From: Rhynchobatus australiae
Lineage: Eukaryota
NCBI GenBank assembly: GCA_034780895.1
Contig: JAUZTB010000017.1
Span: forward strand, 15,211,628 to 15,275,627
Length of the DNA: 64,000 bases
Direction: 5' to 3'
Positions 1 to 13,619 of the stretch are shown piece by piece. Made by a program: the position numbers and the translations under genes. The notes beneath the pieces were generated by a model. It worked only from the letters and a program-made list of their open reading frames with translations. It ran no database searches and was not told the DNA's origin. The first letter of the stretch is position 1; each line of letters begins with the position of its first letter.

Positions 1-3000
1 AGTGTCACCCTGAGGGCGCACAGGGATTACTGCCTAACCCAATCAGTGCGGTTCAAATCCTTGACTCTTGAACCTGGCTCAGATGCCCCTCCTCTCACCG
101 GATGGCACTGTGAAAACATAGGCTCAGTATTTATTTAAGAAAATTAATCGGTTCTCCTCCAAATGTAAAACAAACAAAGCTCACTTCACAATCATTCAGC
201 TATGGCAGACAATTTTCAGAGGAAATTGGGCTTTTAACCTGAAACGGAATGATTCAACTTGTTCAATGTTTCTTCCAATCTGTCAGCTTTCTTTTTATTT
301 AATTAGGATTTTACTGGGATATTTATGGCACTGAAACTGCCTGCAGTTCACGCTTTATGGATGCAGATCTCGTATACAGTTTTATTCCCTAACAGTGGGC
401 AAGATAAATATTAGAGGCAAGGTTCGCTCAGTTTAAATCAGAATTTCCTTGGTTATTTATTATATACAGGAAGAGAGTATTAATCTCAGATCAAAAGTGG
501 GAGCAGAGAAAGTTGGGAAATTGTCAAAATGGGATAGGCATATCCCTGTAACATGGAATAAAGCATAGTAAGAGGAACTGCTGAAATGTAAGCTTATGAA
601 ATGTTTGGGAGAAATNNNNNNNNNNNNNNNNNNNNNNNNNNNNNNNNNNNNNNNNNNNNNNNNNNNNNNNNNNNNNNNNNNNNNNNNNNNNNNNNNNNNN
701 NNNNNNNNNNNNNNNAATTCCAGAGGAAGTGGATAAATTTCACAAAATGTTCTTGGAATTTGATCCTTCACAATGGAGAAGAGGCCAGTTAGTTTGAAGA
801 CCAAACAATTAATCTGCAGAAAAACTTTGCCACTGACTTTGAAGCTGCAGTTGGCAGCAGAATTCTGAAGCAATACTGTGTTATTTTATGCCATGTAATT
901 ATTGCCTTGAATTCATATACGAACAATATAATAACAGGTTTACAATGAAACAGGGTGCAGTATAATATTGTCTTGTCGCTTTGATGCCATATCAAACAGA
1001 GAACCAACTTGTTCCTTTAATTGGTGTGTTAACAGTCAATCAGATAAATTCAAGTTTTTAAAGTATAGCCTGGAAATTGGATCAATTATGTTATGCTTTT
1101 TGTTATGCTTGTATCATGCACAAAAGCAATTGAGCATGGATTGGATTGGCAAAATTGTACTCAATAGTAAAATGAAGGATGTGATTTGATCAAAATAGTT
1201 TTAAAGTGTTCAGAATCACTGANNNNNNNNNNNNNNNNNNNNNNNNNNNNNNNNNNNNNNNNNNNNNNNNNNNNNNNNNNNNNNCCCTACCTGTTTCAGT
1301 GCCTTCCCTGAGCTTTTCAAAGTTCTAACACGGCACTACCATGACCCCTGGATGGCTACTGGAAGGCTGCTCACTTTCACATTCATTCTGCACAGGTATC
1401 CTTCACGATCCACATGAAGCTTTTGTTCCAAATGAGTCAGCTTTAGAAAGCTGCCTCAGGATCAATTGAAGTCGAGCAATTCAGAACGTCCAGCTGCAGA
1501 GCAGTGTTGAATGTGCGGCCCGGGAAGTAGTGGTGTGATGTGACTTGATGCCCTCTTGAGTGTTTGCATCAGTTTCCTACATCTGCACAGCAGGCCGCCT
1601 CTGGGAATGGACCATGAAGCAAAGATCTGCTGGCACTTAAACACAGCATTATCTTTCAGGACGTGGCAATGCTGTGCTCGAGCTTTGAAATTCACATACA
1701 AGATAATGAAATATGAAAGGCACCAAGTGTGGAATTTTACTGAAAAATGGAATTTTTGTATTATTTAGTTTAGTTTTATTGGTGTCAGTGATTCTGAACA
1801 CTTTTGGGCAAACCATTGTTTCAACCTCTGGACCTGGAACTGAACCAGATAACGGAACCTTATTTACAGGTATCTGGTTCCTGTCATCATCATTTTTATC
1901 TTCGGTGAAAACTGTCTGCATAACATGAGCGGAGTTCCCCTCATGTTGAGGAGGGGTTGTGAGTGAGGGCATATGTCACTATTCCTGTCGAAGTTTGTGG
2001 GTCCTGTAAGGCAACTCCCTTAAAAGAGCAATTAGTTCATACGTGATATCTCTTTCCTCCTGTGCGAGAGAGCGATACACTGACATACAGCATCTCTTTG
2101 TTCATCTGGAATTGCTGGAGCTGCCAGCTGTTCAGGGGTTGCATTCCTGTAGCCACTGATAACTGCAATCTGCTGGTGAATGGCATCTGTCTGCTCAATG
2201 AGAATGATGACCTTCTCGCAAGTAGCATCCTTCTGCCCAATGAGGAAATCAGCTTACTGNNNNNNNNNNNNNNNNCTACCAATAAAAAAAAAATAAGATA
2301 ATACCAAAATTTTTGTTAAAAATACTACTGTTCCTTCTGAGCTGTCATGTGACAAACACCAGATCTCTGGTTCAGAAATGGTGAGACTGCATAGACACGC
2401 AGCAAGATATATCTGGCTTGAGTCTGTACCTTCTCGGGGTCATGCTCTGAACCGGTATGTGCTGTGTGATGTTATTGTCCATCAAAGGAGAGACTCACAG
2501 GCAGAACAGAGGTTATGGTGTACTGACTCCAAACAACTCCATAAGAGCATGGAGTTAGACTCTATTTCTCTACAGGATGGTCTTCCAGATTTCTACCATA
2601 TGCATCATTTCTACATCTGTCAAAATGACCCTTGTTGCCCTCTTTCCTTCCTCCACTGCAGCCGTTTTGTGTGTGTGTGTGTGTTGCTGATGCCATAGTG
2701 TGCGTGTCTTTAAGGGTTGACACCCTTCTGCCTTTGGTGCTCAGTGGAATGTTGTTAGCTGTGCTACATTGAGTGTGGTCCCATCTGAAACTCTGCTGGT
2801 CCCCTTTTAATGAATGATTCTTGGCATAAACCATTCTAATGCTGTGTCAGACATATTTTGTGGGGATCTTATTGGGCATCAGCACAGATGTGTTGCACCA
2901 AACAAAGAGTGAAATGCAATTTCCAGGCAGTAGATCCTTCAAGTTAAATAATAAAGGCAAAGATGAAATTCCCTATTAACATTGTTAACTAGGATTGCTT

Positions 3001-3750
3001 CCTGTGATGCTGAATTAATTCAGTTCACAGATTCAGCAAAGCAGTGAATTTTGCTGAATTTGTACTCATTCAGTTACTAATGGAAGAATTCTGCTGCTTT
3101 ATCCAGCTGTGGAGTTTTTGCAAGGACAGGAAGATAAATTGTTAACAATGTGACCTACTCTTCATTAATCACCAGCTATTTCTTTTTCCAGCAGTTTGCT
3201 GCCTTTGGTCTGGAAGTGTTAAAAAAGTAACCTTAATTGTATCAATATAGAGACATTGTACAGTGTTAACTCAGCAAGNNNNNNNNNNNNNNNNNNNNNN
3301 NNNNNNNNNNNNNNNNNNNNNNNNNNNNNNNNNNNNNNNNNNNNNNNNNNNNNNNNNNNNNNNNNNNNNNNTCACAGTCACTCCATTGGTAGAGTTATTA
3401 TTCTATTTAGTCAGAAGTACAAGTTGAGCAGACTAAATAAAACAGCATAAAGCTTTATTTTTTTCTCTGCATTGTTCATGCAAGTTGGTAGTTAAGCAAT
3501 GAAATGAGGAGCAGGCTCTTTTGAAATACTATTTGATCTTGTGGGTTATTATCAGGTGCAAATGTTATATTGAGCATTGCATTCAGTTGTTTGCAATTAG
3601 CTTCCAGCTCCTGCCATTTTGCAACTCGTGGTGTGTTTAGTAGCTTGTTGATGTGGATTTGATAAGTGAACTGATACTGTCCACGTCTTCATTTCCTTTT
3701 TCTCTCAGTTATTGAAATTGTATTCTACTTGATCTTCTTTCTTCGTTTAG

Positions 3751-3786
3751 CTGAAGGAGCAATTGCAAAGACCACCCTTGAGAAAG
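3751..3786 (+). CDS. Candidate 36-nt cassette exon (LKEQLQRPPLRK), phase 0-0
   Basis: tcttctttcttcgtttag acceptor, AAG|gtttgc donor, open frame compatible with exon A; no homology confirmed. Confidence 0.4.
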
Positions 3787-4294
3787 GTTTGCTTTTTAGT
3801 GTTATTGGTGTTCTAATTCTGGCACCACTGTTGCCTGCTGCTTTCCCTGAGTAGGATGCTGCTCATTTTACAACACCTTTTGTTTTGTGTAAATCACCAA
3901 TGTTAACCAGCATTTGAGAGGGGGTCAGGTGGGAATAGGACTTGATGCAGTGTATACAAACCTGTTCATATGGTGTTTTCCTGTTTTATTGATAAGTTTC
4001 CTGAGGTTCAGTGCGCATTGTACTAATCTAGCCATACCCCTTATGTGGAGTCACCATCACTGAGTGTGATCAAACAGTTCCAGCATGAGAGTGATGAGGT
4101 AGTGAAGTGGTAAACGAGGGCTCAGTACTTTCTTTAAGGTGGCACCAAGCTTTATTTCAATAATTGTTCCAAACTGGCCAGAATTTAGCATTGTTCATGT
4201 TCAGGTAACTCGCAAAGCAACTCTGTGAGACCACATACAATTTCTTGAGCTTATATTTATCATTAATATTACGAAGTACAATTTGGACCTCTGA

Positions 4295-5092
4295 GGGTGA
4301 TTCAAGGGGGCAGAGGCAAGCTAAGTGAGTGGGCAAGCACATGGCAGGTGGAATATGAAGTGGAAAAATGTGAGATCCTCCTCTTCAGTGCACAAAATCA
4401 TAGCAGGTGGGGAAATGTTGATGTCCCAGGGACCTCAGTGTCCTTGCATACAAACCATTGAAAGCTAATATGCAAGCAATTAGGAATGCTATTGATATGC
4501 TAGTCTTTACTTCTGTACTCATGTCCTTAAGATGCCGTACCACAGTTAGAAAGGGTCACAATGAGACCGCATCCAGAATATTGTGTATAGTTTTGGTCTC
4601 CTGCCCTACAAGGAAAAAGGATATCTTTGCCATAAGAGTATAACATCGTTCACCAGATTGGTTCCTGGGATGGTGGGTTTACTGCCGAGGAGATATTGAG
4701 TCGACTATACATGTATTCTACAGAGTTTAGAAGAATGAAGATCTCTTGAAACTTGCAAATTCTGATAGGGCTCTACAGGGTGGACTGAGGAGTTGAGAAC
4801 TGGGGGGTCACAGTCTCAGAACAAGGGGAAGGCCGTGTGGGATTTGGATGAGAGGAAATTTCATGGAGAGGTTGGTGAATCTTTGGAAATCTCTTCCCAG
4901 AAGCCTACAGAGGGTCCATCATCGAGTTCATTCAGAACAGAGTTCATTCAGAATCAAGTTCATTAAGTTTCTTGATATTAAGGGAATTGAGGTATATGAG
5001 GATAACACCTTGAACTAGATCAGCCAGTATCTTGATGAATGGCAGAGCAGGCTTGAAGCATCAGATGGCCCATTCCTGCTCCTCATCCTTAT
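4295..5092 (+). mobile_element. CR1-clade LINE, decayed 3' portion (RT C-terminus and 3' end)
   Basis: Typical CR1 segments: gagtgggcaagcacatggcaggtggaatatgaagtggaaaaatgtgag; gagaggttggtgaatctttggaaatctcttcccag; terminal atggcccattcctgctcct. Many stops. Confidence 0.8.
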
Positions 5093-6673
5093 ATTAGCTT
5101 CCTGCTTCGTGTGTCCATGATTGCTTTCCTCTTCCCATCAATTTTTGTGTTACAAGTACATTTATAGTGCCTGTTCTGGCCCATCCCATCAATAGGGAAT
5201 GCTTATATGAGCAACCAAACTATGATGAGCACAAAGCCCGACCCATAAATATCTCATCTGAAGCTGCATTTCTCTCCAGAAGGGATTTGCTCAGATCAGC
5301 CAGATGAATAAGCTGATGTTACACCACCCGAGTGCCCGACCGTGTAATTTGAGAAGTACTTCCAAGCATTTATCCATTAGANNNNNNNNNNNNNNNNNNN
5401 NNNNNNNNNNNNNNNNNNNNNNNNNNNNNNNNNNNNNNNNNNNNNNNNNNNNNNNNNNNNNNNNNNNNNNNNNNNNNNNNNTCCATTAGACTATCTCAGA
5501 AACCTTTTTAGGTTGCCAGAATATTATCATTCATAATCCTTGTTCACGCCAAAAAAAAAGTCCACAAGTTACCAACCATGTCGAGACAAGGCGTTGATGA
5601 TGCAATGCAAAATAATAGTCAATTTCACCTAACCTTCTGACAAGCCCCACCTGCTTTGCATAGCCCAGATGACAAGGAATTAACCTGAGCTCATGGTTCA
5701 GCTATGTAGGCTTTTAGCATATATGAAGAAGTTATTTGATTTTTCAGGGTTGGGGTAGGGAAGGAGGAAGTGAGAGTATGTAAATAATTATTTGCTATTG
5801 AAAATAATTATATGATAACACCAAAAGCAGCGCAGTCAACCCGATATGAACAGGTTTGTTTAATCGCACCTTCTTGTCTCATTCTGTGCAGGCCACAGCA
5901 CTGAGCTTAATGGTCTATCATTGTCAAATCTGATTCTGTCACTGTGTTATAAATCATTTGTTCCAACTAATACATTTGTCTTGCTCAGAGATACTTACAC
6001 TATGTACTAAAAAAGAACAAGATTATATTCTCCCCAAATGATTCAGCAAACCTGGAAGGAAAAATAAGAGTGAATCTGTGGGTTCATCAGATTTTTAAAA
6101 TTCATTGTGTCAATATGCATTTTAGAACATCTCTATTGGCTTACACTAATTTATTTTAAATGCAGTGAATTGAAAATGCCTTTTAATGCTCCAAAAAATT
6201 TTAACTTTCCATTAGAATTGAAACATCAACATGTATTCAGGCCCCCAGACGCTATTTTCAACCATGTCTGCTGTGTCTTGTGCAATGTTCTGATGCAGTT
6301 TCACCTCTCTTGTCAGTACCTTTGTTAACAAGAACCCAGAAGAGACAAACTAATTGCAGTCTCGTGGGAAGAACATGCATTAATTGTATTCTCAGATGCT
6401 TTGAGAGTCCTTGATTCCTGGACAGACTGGTCTGACAACTCAATTTCTGAGCTTTGAGACTTAACCACAGCACTCGGAAGCTCCAGGGTTTAGCAAATCT
6501 CAGCAAGAAAATGGTGGTTTCATGCTGAACTTTAAAGGAAGGATAGATCTTGTGTACGTCTGGTCAGTGATGTAAGTAACCATTGTGGCAGGGGTTATGG
6601 TAGGTTTGTGTGTTAAGGAATAGCCTTGCTGTTCACTTTCGGTAACAAGGTTGCTCATACAGAGAATCACTGG

Positions 6674-7315
6674 AGACACTCAAGAGACTGCAGATGCTGG
6701 GACCTGGAGCAACAATCTGCTGGAGGAGCTCAGCAAGTTGAGCGGCATCTGTGGTGGGGTGGGGGGGAGGGGAGCGGGTGAAGAGAAGGAATTGTTGATA
6801 TTTTGGATCGAGACCCTGCATCAGGACTGAGAGTGGAGAGGGAAGACAGCCAACAGGAAGAGGAAAGGGGGAGTGGTGAGACAGGAGTCAGTAGGTGATT
6901 GGTGGACCAGGGAGGGGTGAAGGATGACAGGCAGATGGAGCCAGGTGGGGGAGGGGGAAGGGTGGAGTTGGGAGGCAGGGGCAGGGGCAGGTGGGTGATA
7001 GGTGGAAGTAGACAGGAAAACAAAGAGAAAAACAGACAGATGGAGCTAAGTGAGGGGAGGGGAGAGTGTCGGTGGAAACGGCTGCTGGGGAGTGATAAGC
7101 AGGAACACGAAGGCTACCAGTGCTGGATTCTGATGTGAGGAAGGTGATAAGAGGAACCACTGAGGGAGAGTTGAAGGGCATATTTAACCAGATGGAGGAG
7201 GGAATGGACCAGCAGGGGCAGGGGGATGGAAATGGATGATAAGGGGCTGGAAGTGCAGTATGGGAAAGAAGACGGAAATGGAAAGATTGGAGGTGGATCA
7301 GTGGAGTGGCCATTT
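6674..7315 (-). mobile_element. Penelope-like element 3' region (pyrimidine-rich tail plus degenerate hammerhead-like motif)
   Basis: Minus strand reads cagtcctgatgcagggtctcgatccaaaa...cacagatgccgctcaacttgctgagctcctccagcag; same terminal module as the GIY-YIG-bearing copy at 51675-52410. Confidence 0.65.
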
Positions 7316-7623
7316 TTATGCTAAGGTATAAGTGGATGTCTAAGGATATTATTTATTTGTAAATAAATGAGCATGTATTTGAGGCTTGGTATTTCTTGCT
7401 GTGGCAGGTTAAGAAATGAAGTCCTTGTTGATACTAGAATGATATAATCTTACAACTGAGGCTATTGAATCCAACTGGGACACCTGATTATACAAAATAT
7501 AATATTTTATGAGTGCAAGGTAGGTGATGTGTGCGAAACTTGGCTCAAAATTCAATTGCATAGCCCAACAATTTTGTGCACTAAATGATTGAATTCCTGT
7601 TTTAGCCTTGCTCATTAGTAATT

Positions 7624-8190
7624 GGTTTATTATCGACACATATACCAAGGTCCAGTGTAAAGCTTTTGTTTGCGTGCCATCCAGATAGATCATTCCATAC
7701 ATAAGTACATCGAGGTAGTACAAAAGGAAAACAATAACAGAATGCTGAATATAATGTTACAGTGACAGAAGTGCAGTGCAGGTAGACTAGGTACAAGGGC
7801 CATGACAAAGTAGATTGAGAAATCAGGAGTTCATCTTTATCGTACAAGAGGTCCTTTCAAGGGCCTTATAACAGCAGATGGAAGTTGTTCTTGAACGTGG
7901 TGGTATTTGTTGTCAAGATTTTGTATCTTCTGCACAATGAAAGGCCGGGGGGGGGGAGTGGGTGAGGAGAAGAGAGGAATGCCCGGAGTNNNNNNNNNNN
8001 NNNNNNNNNNNNNNNNNNNNNNNNNNNNNNNNNNNNNNNNNNNNNNNNNNNNNNNNNNNNNNNNNNNNNNNNNNNNNNNNNNNNNNNNNGAGAGAATGAC
8101 CTGGGTGGGACGGGTCCTTGATTTTGTTGGCTGCTTTCCCAAAGCAGCAGGAAGAGTGGACAGAGGTAATGGAGGGGAGGCTGATTTTCA
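7624..8190 (-). mobile_element. Rex1/Babar-type LINE 3' fragment
   Basis: Minus-strand peptide KAANKIKDPSHPGHSL and AVIRPL; 3' tail aagcttttacactggaccttggtatatgtgtcgataataaac. Confidence 0.75.
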
Positions 8191-8600
8191 TGATATTAAA
8201 CTGCAAGCTCTACTCAGCATACTGAAGTCTTTCTGGTAGTTCCATGATGCACAGATGATGTCTGTTCTTGTTCAGGTCTTTTTCTATAGCTCACCTACTG
8301 AATTGCGACTTTTTTTTACTGATTTGGAAACAGCTTGAGCCTCTCGCTATTCGTAGTGCCTCTTGTACCTGCACAATTTAAAGGAGTAATCAAGCATTTC
8401 TGCCTTGGTGGGAAATCACTGGCCCTCAAGTTCGGGAGCTGGTGAGGACACAGAAATAGTGTGTGATCTGGAAAGCAACTTTAAGTGGATTGGGACTCGG
8501 TTGCTGCCTCTTGCCATTCTGCACTGATAATAGCAAACATTTAAAGACCGACCTCTCTGGCCAGCTCCTCCCAACATCACACCTTATTTCAACCCTCTCT

Positions 8601-8752
8601 ACCCTCAGCAGTTCTTGCAGCATCTGTGGAAAGAGAAAGAGTTAACTTTTTTTCTTTTCAGTTCCTGGAACTGAAATGTTAACTCTCTTACTTATTCTGC
8701 AGATGCTGCCTGACCTGCAGAGTATTTGTAGAATGTCCTGGTTTTATTTTGG
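8601..8752. repeat. Short fold-back (palindromic) Penelope-terminus-derived element
   Basis: gcagcatctgtggaaagagaaagagttaac ... gttaactctcttacttattctgcagatgctgc inverted arms, with inner perfect stem tttcagttcc-t-ggaactgaaa. Confidence 0.65.
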
Positions 8753-9231
8753 ATAAAGTATCTAACACTTTGATTTGTCACCCTCTTTACCCTGTCCATT
8801 AGGTCAACGTCCATGAATCTATGGGCTCATCCCTGACCATGTCATGGGTCCATTTCTCCCAAGTAAACGCAAANNNNNNNNNNNNNNNNNNNNNNNNNNN
8901 NNNNNNNNNNNNNNNNNNNNNNNNNNNNNNNNNNNNNNNNNNNNNNNNNNNNNNNNNNNNNNNNNNNNNNNNNNNNNNNNNNNNNNNNNNNNNNNNNNNN
9001 NNNNNNNNNNNNNNNNNNNNNNNNNNNNNNNNNNNNNNNNNNNNNNNNNNNNNNNNNNNNNNNNNNNNNNNNNNNNNNNNNNNNNNNNNNNNNNNNNNNN
9101 NNNNNNNNNNNNNNNNNNNNNNNNNNNNNNNNNNNNNNNNNNNNNNNNNNNNNNNNNNNNNNNNNNNNNNNNNNNNNNNNNNNNNNNNNNNNNNNNNNNN
9201 NNNNNNNNNNNNNNNNNNNNNNNNNNNNNNN

Positions 9232-9450
9232 TCTGGTCTCCTCGCACATCTCAAAGGTTTGCAAGTTGGCAGTTTAATTGGATGCTGTGAAGGCAAATGA
9301 TGGGGTCTGTGGGGAGTTGATGAGAATGTGGAGAGAATCTTAAAAAATGGGACTACTTCAAGACGAGTGTAAATGGGTGGTGGTTGATCAATGCAGACTC
9401 AGTGAGCCAAAGGGCTTGTTGCTGTGACGTATATCTCTATGAATCTATGA
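9232..9450 (+). mobile_element. V-SINE/HE1-type SINE, 3' half (5' part in gap)
   Basis: ctcctcgcacatctcaaag core end and CR1-like tail gactcagtgagccaaagggcttgttgctgtg. Confidence 0.6.
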
Positions 9451-10111
9451 AACAGAACAACCCCAGCCCAATGTATTCAAAGTACAGACCAATTAAACTA
9501 TAAATAATTTAACAATATTTTACACCAGCTTTTGGGACTCCAAATAGAGGAAATGATTCTGTGTCGTTCTGTTTTATTTCGTACATGATTTGGAATTGAT
9601 CAAACATATTTTTACTGATGGATGAAGTGAATGCATTACATTTGACAGAGAAACCAGTCATTATTCTTTATTCTACCCAAATGCACTGATGCTTGTGTGA
9701 GTATGGAACAACTTCAGGAGAAATGGCGCTGTCATGCAGAGTAAATTACAGTGCCATCTAAATTGTTTGCCAGGGAAGCAGCTTATGAAGTGGTCATTAT
9801 AAAATTTAGCAGGAGTAGTCTGTTTGTAGCTGTCACAGCAGCAACTGCACTTAGCTGTTCTTTTTTGCTTGAGCCTGTAATTGCAATTACATAGATGCAT
9901 TTATGCTCGAGTAGGAAGTTGGTATTGAGTTCAGAGTGCTTAAGTGGAAGATGAAGTTTTAATCAACATCAATAGAGTTTATTAACAATCTGTTTCAATC
10001 GAAACTAATGTATGAAGATCTCCATAATTGGCTTAAATTAAAATTGTTGCTGTGCAGGCATCCTATCTGATTATAGAAGTAAATAGGTCAATTGTTCTTT
10101 TCTATATTTTC

Positions 10112-10380
10112 AGAATCAGATTTATTATCACTGACTTGTATGATGTGAAGTTTTTGTTTTGCGGCAGCAGAACAGTGCAGAGACAATTACTATAAATTGC
10201 AAAAATAGTGCAAGGAAAAAGGAATAACTGGATAAGTTTCATGGGTTCATGGACCATTCCAAATTGAGACGTTGAGTGTGGGTCTTCATGCTCCTGCACC
10301 TCCTCCCTAACGGTAGTAATGAGAAGAGGGCATGTCCCAGACGGTGAGGGTCCTTGGTGATGGATGCAACTTCTTGAGGA
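10112..10380 (-). mobile_element. Rex1/Babar-type LINE 3' fragment
   Basis: Minus strand encodes LKKLHP/..KDPHRLGHALFSLLPLGRRCRSMKT-like remnant; ends ...tcagtgataataaatctgattctga. Confidence 0.7.
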
Positions 10381-11596
10381 TTCTAAACTGACTTGTTCGG
10401 GAAGTGTATGGCTTAGGATTTGATATGATGGTGTGGCACACCGGTGATCTATCAAAATGCATTGCATTGTGGATGCAAGTTTTGGCCCTGCTACTGTAAG
10501 AATAAGGGAAAATTGAAGGGCAGTAATCCATCCCACATGCATCCACACTTTCCAGTTTCCTACCACCAAACTACATTGACAGCCACCAATGAGTGATTCA
10601 GTTGCCCACCCTTTTGTCTGAAGATTGGAGATGTGAATGTGAGATGTTGGAGAGAAGGGAAGGAAAGTGTCTTGGGCTCGTGATTATGAGAAACTGCATT
10701 TCAGTTGATTTGATGACTGACTTGACAGCAAATAAGTTCGAAATTATCTCTGGTTCTGCAATTGAAATACCTGATAATGGCAACTGTTGTGTCACATCAC
10801 TGCAAGAAGATTTTTTAAGTGGGTAAGTGGAATTGGTTTTGGACCATTTGTGTAATTCAGTTTAATGTCATCTCTGTTCAGCTCCTAATATTCACATCAG
10901 AGTTCAATGCTCTGACACCATGGCAGAGCAAGGCTTTTGTCCCAGTGTTATTGTCACAAATACCTGTTCTACATAATTGAAATGAACTTGGATCCTTATG
11001 AGCATTTTGCATATCACAAAGTGTAACCTTTCTGTTCAGCACGGTTGGTGATTTCTCCTGCACTTCACGAAATTTTAGTATTTCCATTCATTCACGTTCA
11101 TAAAGGTCGCCATGGTATGGGCTAGATTTCTGCTTTATGTAGGTGTTTCTGAAGGTTGGGAATTTAAGCTCACTGGCCTCCACCCCCTTCCCCCCCCCTT
11201 TGCCTGAACANNNNNNNNNNNNNNNNNNNNNNNNNNNNNNNNNNNNNNNNNNNNNNNNNNNNNNNNNNNNNNNNNNNNNNNNNNNNNNNNNNNNNNNNNN
11301 NNNNNNNNNNTCCCCACCTCCCCCGCCCCCCCCCACCCCAGCCCAACTGACACAGCCAGCAAGTGGGACCATTTCCCTGGATCAAAGGTCTTTATCCTTT
11401 CTGGCTAGTAACATATTAAATGATAGTACAACCAATGCTATATAAGCCAAAGAGCAAAAGAAGGATGTTAAAGCGTGCACTTTCCATTTTTGCTGTGAAA
11501 TATTCTTGGATAGGATTCTGCTTTGATCATGTTAATCCAGAGTGTCAAATTGTTCACTCTCAGAAAACTCATTCTTTCTTTTTACTCTGTTTGCAG

Positions 11597-11674
11597 CCAA
11601 CACGATCTTCTTCTGAAAGTATTTCCTCCAGACCTGGCTCCAGCATCCCCAGTTCACCTGGTCACACAATATAT
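11597..11674 (+). CDS. ABLIM1: ABLIM1 exon A (78 nt, phase 0-0): PTRSSSESISSRPGSSIPSSPGHTIY
   Basis: Acceptor ctgtttgcag, donor gtgagt; near-identical to ABLIM1 PTRTSSESIYSRPGSSIPGSPGHTIY. Confidence 0.95.
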
Positions 11675-13091
11675 GTGAGTAACGATGACAGATTTCTTTG
11701 TTCCTCAATTCATAATATTCAGAGAAATTTAAAACAACCTGTGGACGATTTTCCTCTGACCTTCCATAGAGGATCACTGACCCAAATGGGAGGTGTATCG
11801 CATTGCTAAATCGGGTGATGATAACCTTTTACATCACATTTGCTGTTAATACCACCTCACAATGCTGGGTGCACCAGATATCCCATCCAGATGTTGCTGG
11901 AGCGCACAGTGGTGTTTTTAAAAATTAAATGGCTCACTAAGAGAAACTAACCACAGTTCACATGGCATGTTGCAAAGACCAGGTTCTCTTTCCCTATGTG
12001 ATAGTGGAAAGCCCTTTTGCTAATTATAGGTGTCAGCATGCTGAGGCAGTCAGTGTTTTCTACTTTTCACAGTGTAGGTAGGAACCCTGCCCAAAGGTGC
12101 CAGAAGATTCTGTGCCAATCCTGAGAGATGTTTTGGCATGAAAGTAGATAAGTACCTGGCCTGCCAACCCTTTCCTCTAGAGGACAGTTTCCACCAATAA
12201 CAATTGTATAATCTTTATAGGCTGAACTCAATTAACAGCGTTTGTCACTGCTTGACCATCACTTCATGGATCATATTTTCCTTTTGGTGCATTCCTCGTG
12301 CATGACTGTGTCACGTTATATGTCGTTTGACAAAATAAAAATAGTTTTCCAGGAAACAAAATAATCATCAGTGGATTCGGTGATGGGGGCCATCATTTCA
12401 TTTGACATGCCAACATTAAATCTTGTTGTTTCTATATTTACCTTTTGTCATAACATTACATAATGTGTAAAGTTATGATAAAATGTTGTTACTTTGATAT
12501 GTTTCCTCAACATTCTTCTTTCCCTTGGTGAGCTCCCATTGATCAAAAATTCAAAAGCTGACGTGTATGGGATAAAAGTAGTTCATTCAGCCACTGAACA
12601 CCACTCTTCTCCAAGTTCCCAGCCAAGGGCTCGAGATCATTTAAATAGTTGAGGGTGGTCTTCCAAGGTAGAAACCAGCCCAATGACAGATGGTTGGAGT
12701 GGAGTAGATAGAGCTTCAGTTTGTACACAACCCTTTCCATTCTGACATGTGGATGTTTCTGCTGATGTCTTTTGTGTAAAATGCGCCTAACAAATAAGCA
12801 ACAAGAGTATATGAAGAAAATCCTCTTTGATCTCCAGTGTTAAACGTGTGCGAGAATATTGGCAGTTAATTGTACTTGCCCCGTAAATCCAGTTGCCTTG
12901 AAACTGCCAATAACCAAAGCACAACCAAAGACCTTGCTTTTCCCTGTTATTTGTTCCATTTGAAATTCTCAACTTCATTCTGTTTCTTTTGATGTGATAC
13001 TACTGCCTCTAAGCTTGCTTGAGATTGAGAATTTTGGATACATCAGAACTGGTTAAGCTCTGAAATGTTCTTGTATGTGTTATCTTCCTAG

Positions 13092-13247
13092 GCAAAAGTG
13101 GACAATGAGATTCTTGACTACAAGGATCTGGCTGCCATCCCCAAAGTTAAGGCCATTTATGATATTGAACGCCCTGACCTGATCACATATGAGCCATATT
13201 TTGGTGCTACAATTGAGGATAGACATGAACGTCATAGTATGGGCGAG
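13092..13247 (+). CDS. ABLIM1: ABLIM1 exon B (156 nt, 0-0): AKVDNEILDYKDLAAIPKVKAIYDIERPDLITYEPYFGATIEDRHERHSMGE
   Basis: Acceptor cttcctag, donor gtatag; hallmark abLIM/dematin motif YKDLAAIPKVKAIYDIERPDL. Confidence 0.96.
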
Positions 13248-13619
13248 GTATAGTACAACTGACTGGTAATTTCAATCACCATTGTCTTGTATTTGTTCCG
13301 TTGAGCATTCTGGTATTAGCTTTCATTTCTGATCCACTTGGAGTAGATAATGGGAAGTGTGTCTGCCCTAACTGTCCTGATGATGTTGACAGTAGGTCCC
13401 AAAGAGGTTTTGTGTTTGGAGCTCCTTTCAACACAGGATGGAAACCTGAACCATTAATTGTGATGGTTATCAACAGTTTGGCACTTGGGAGGGTAGCAAT
13501 TTTGGTGGGGCACAGACTCCGGGGTGATGAGGTGAGCCCTTAAAACAGGGAGGAGTGACTGGGTAAGCAGACTGAAGAGCTCATGAAATGTGAAGAACCC
13601 AAAGTGGGTGTCAAAGAAC

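Noticed and set aside
6730-7313. Pro-rich and Gly-rich ORFs
   Set aside because: Translation of the purine/pyrimidine-biased tail of a Penelope-like repeat.
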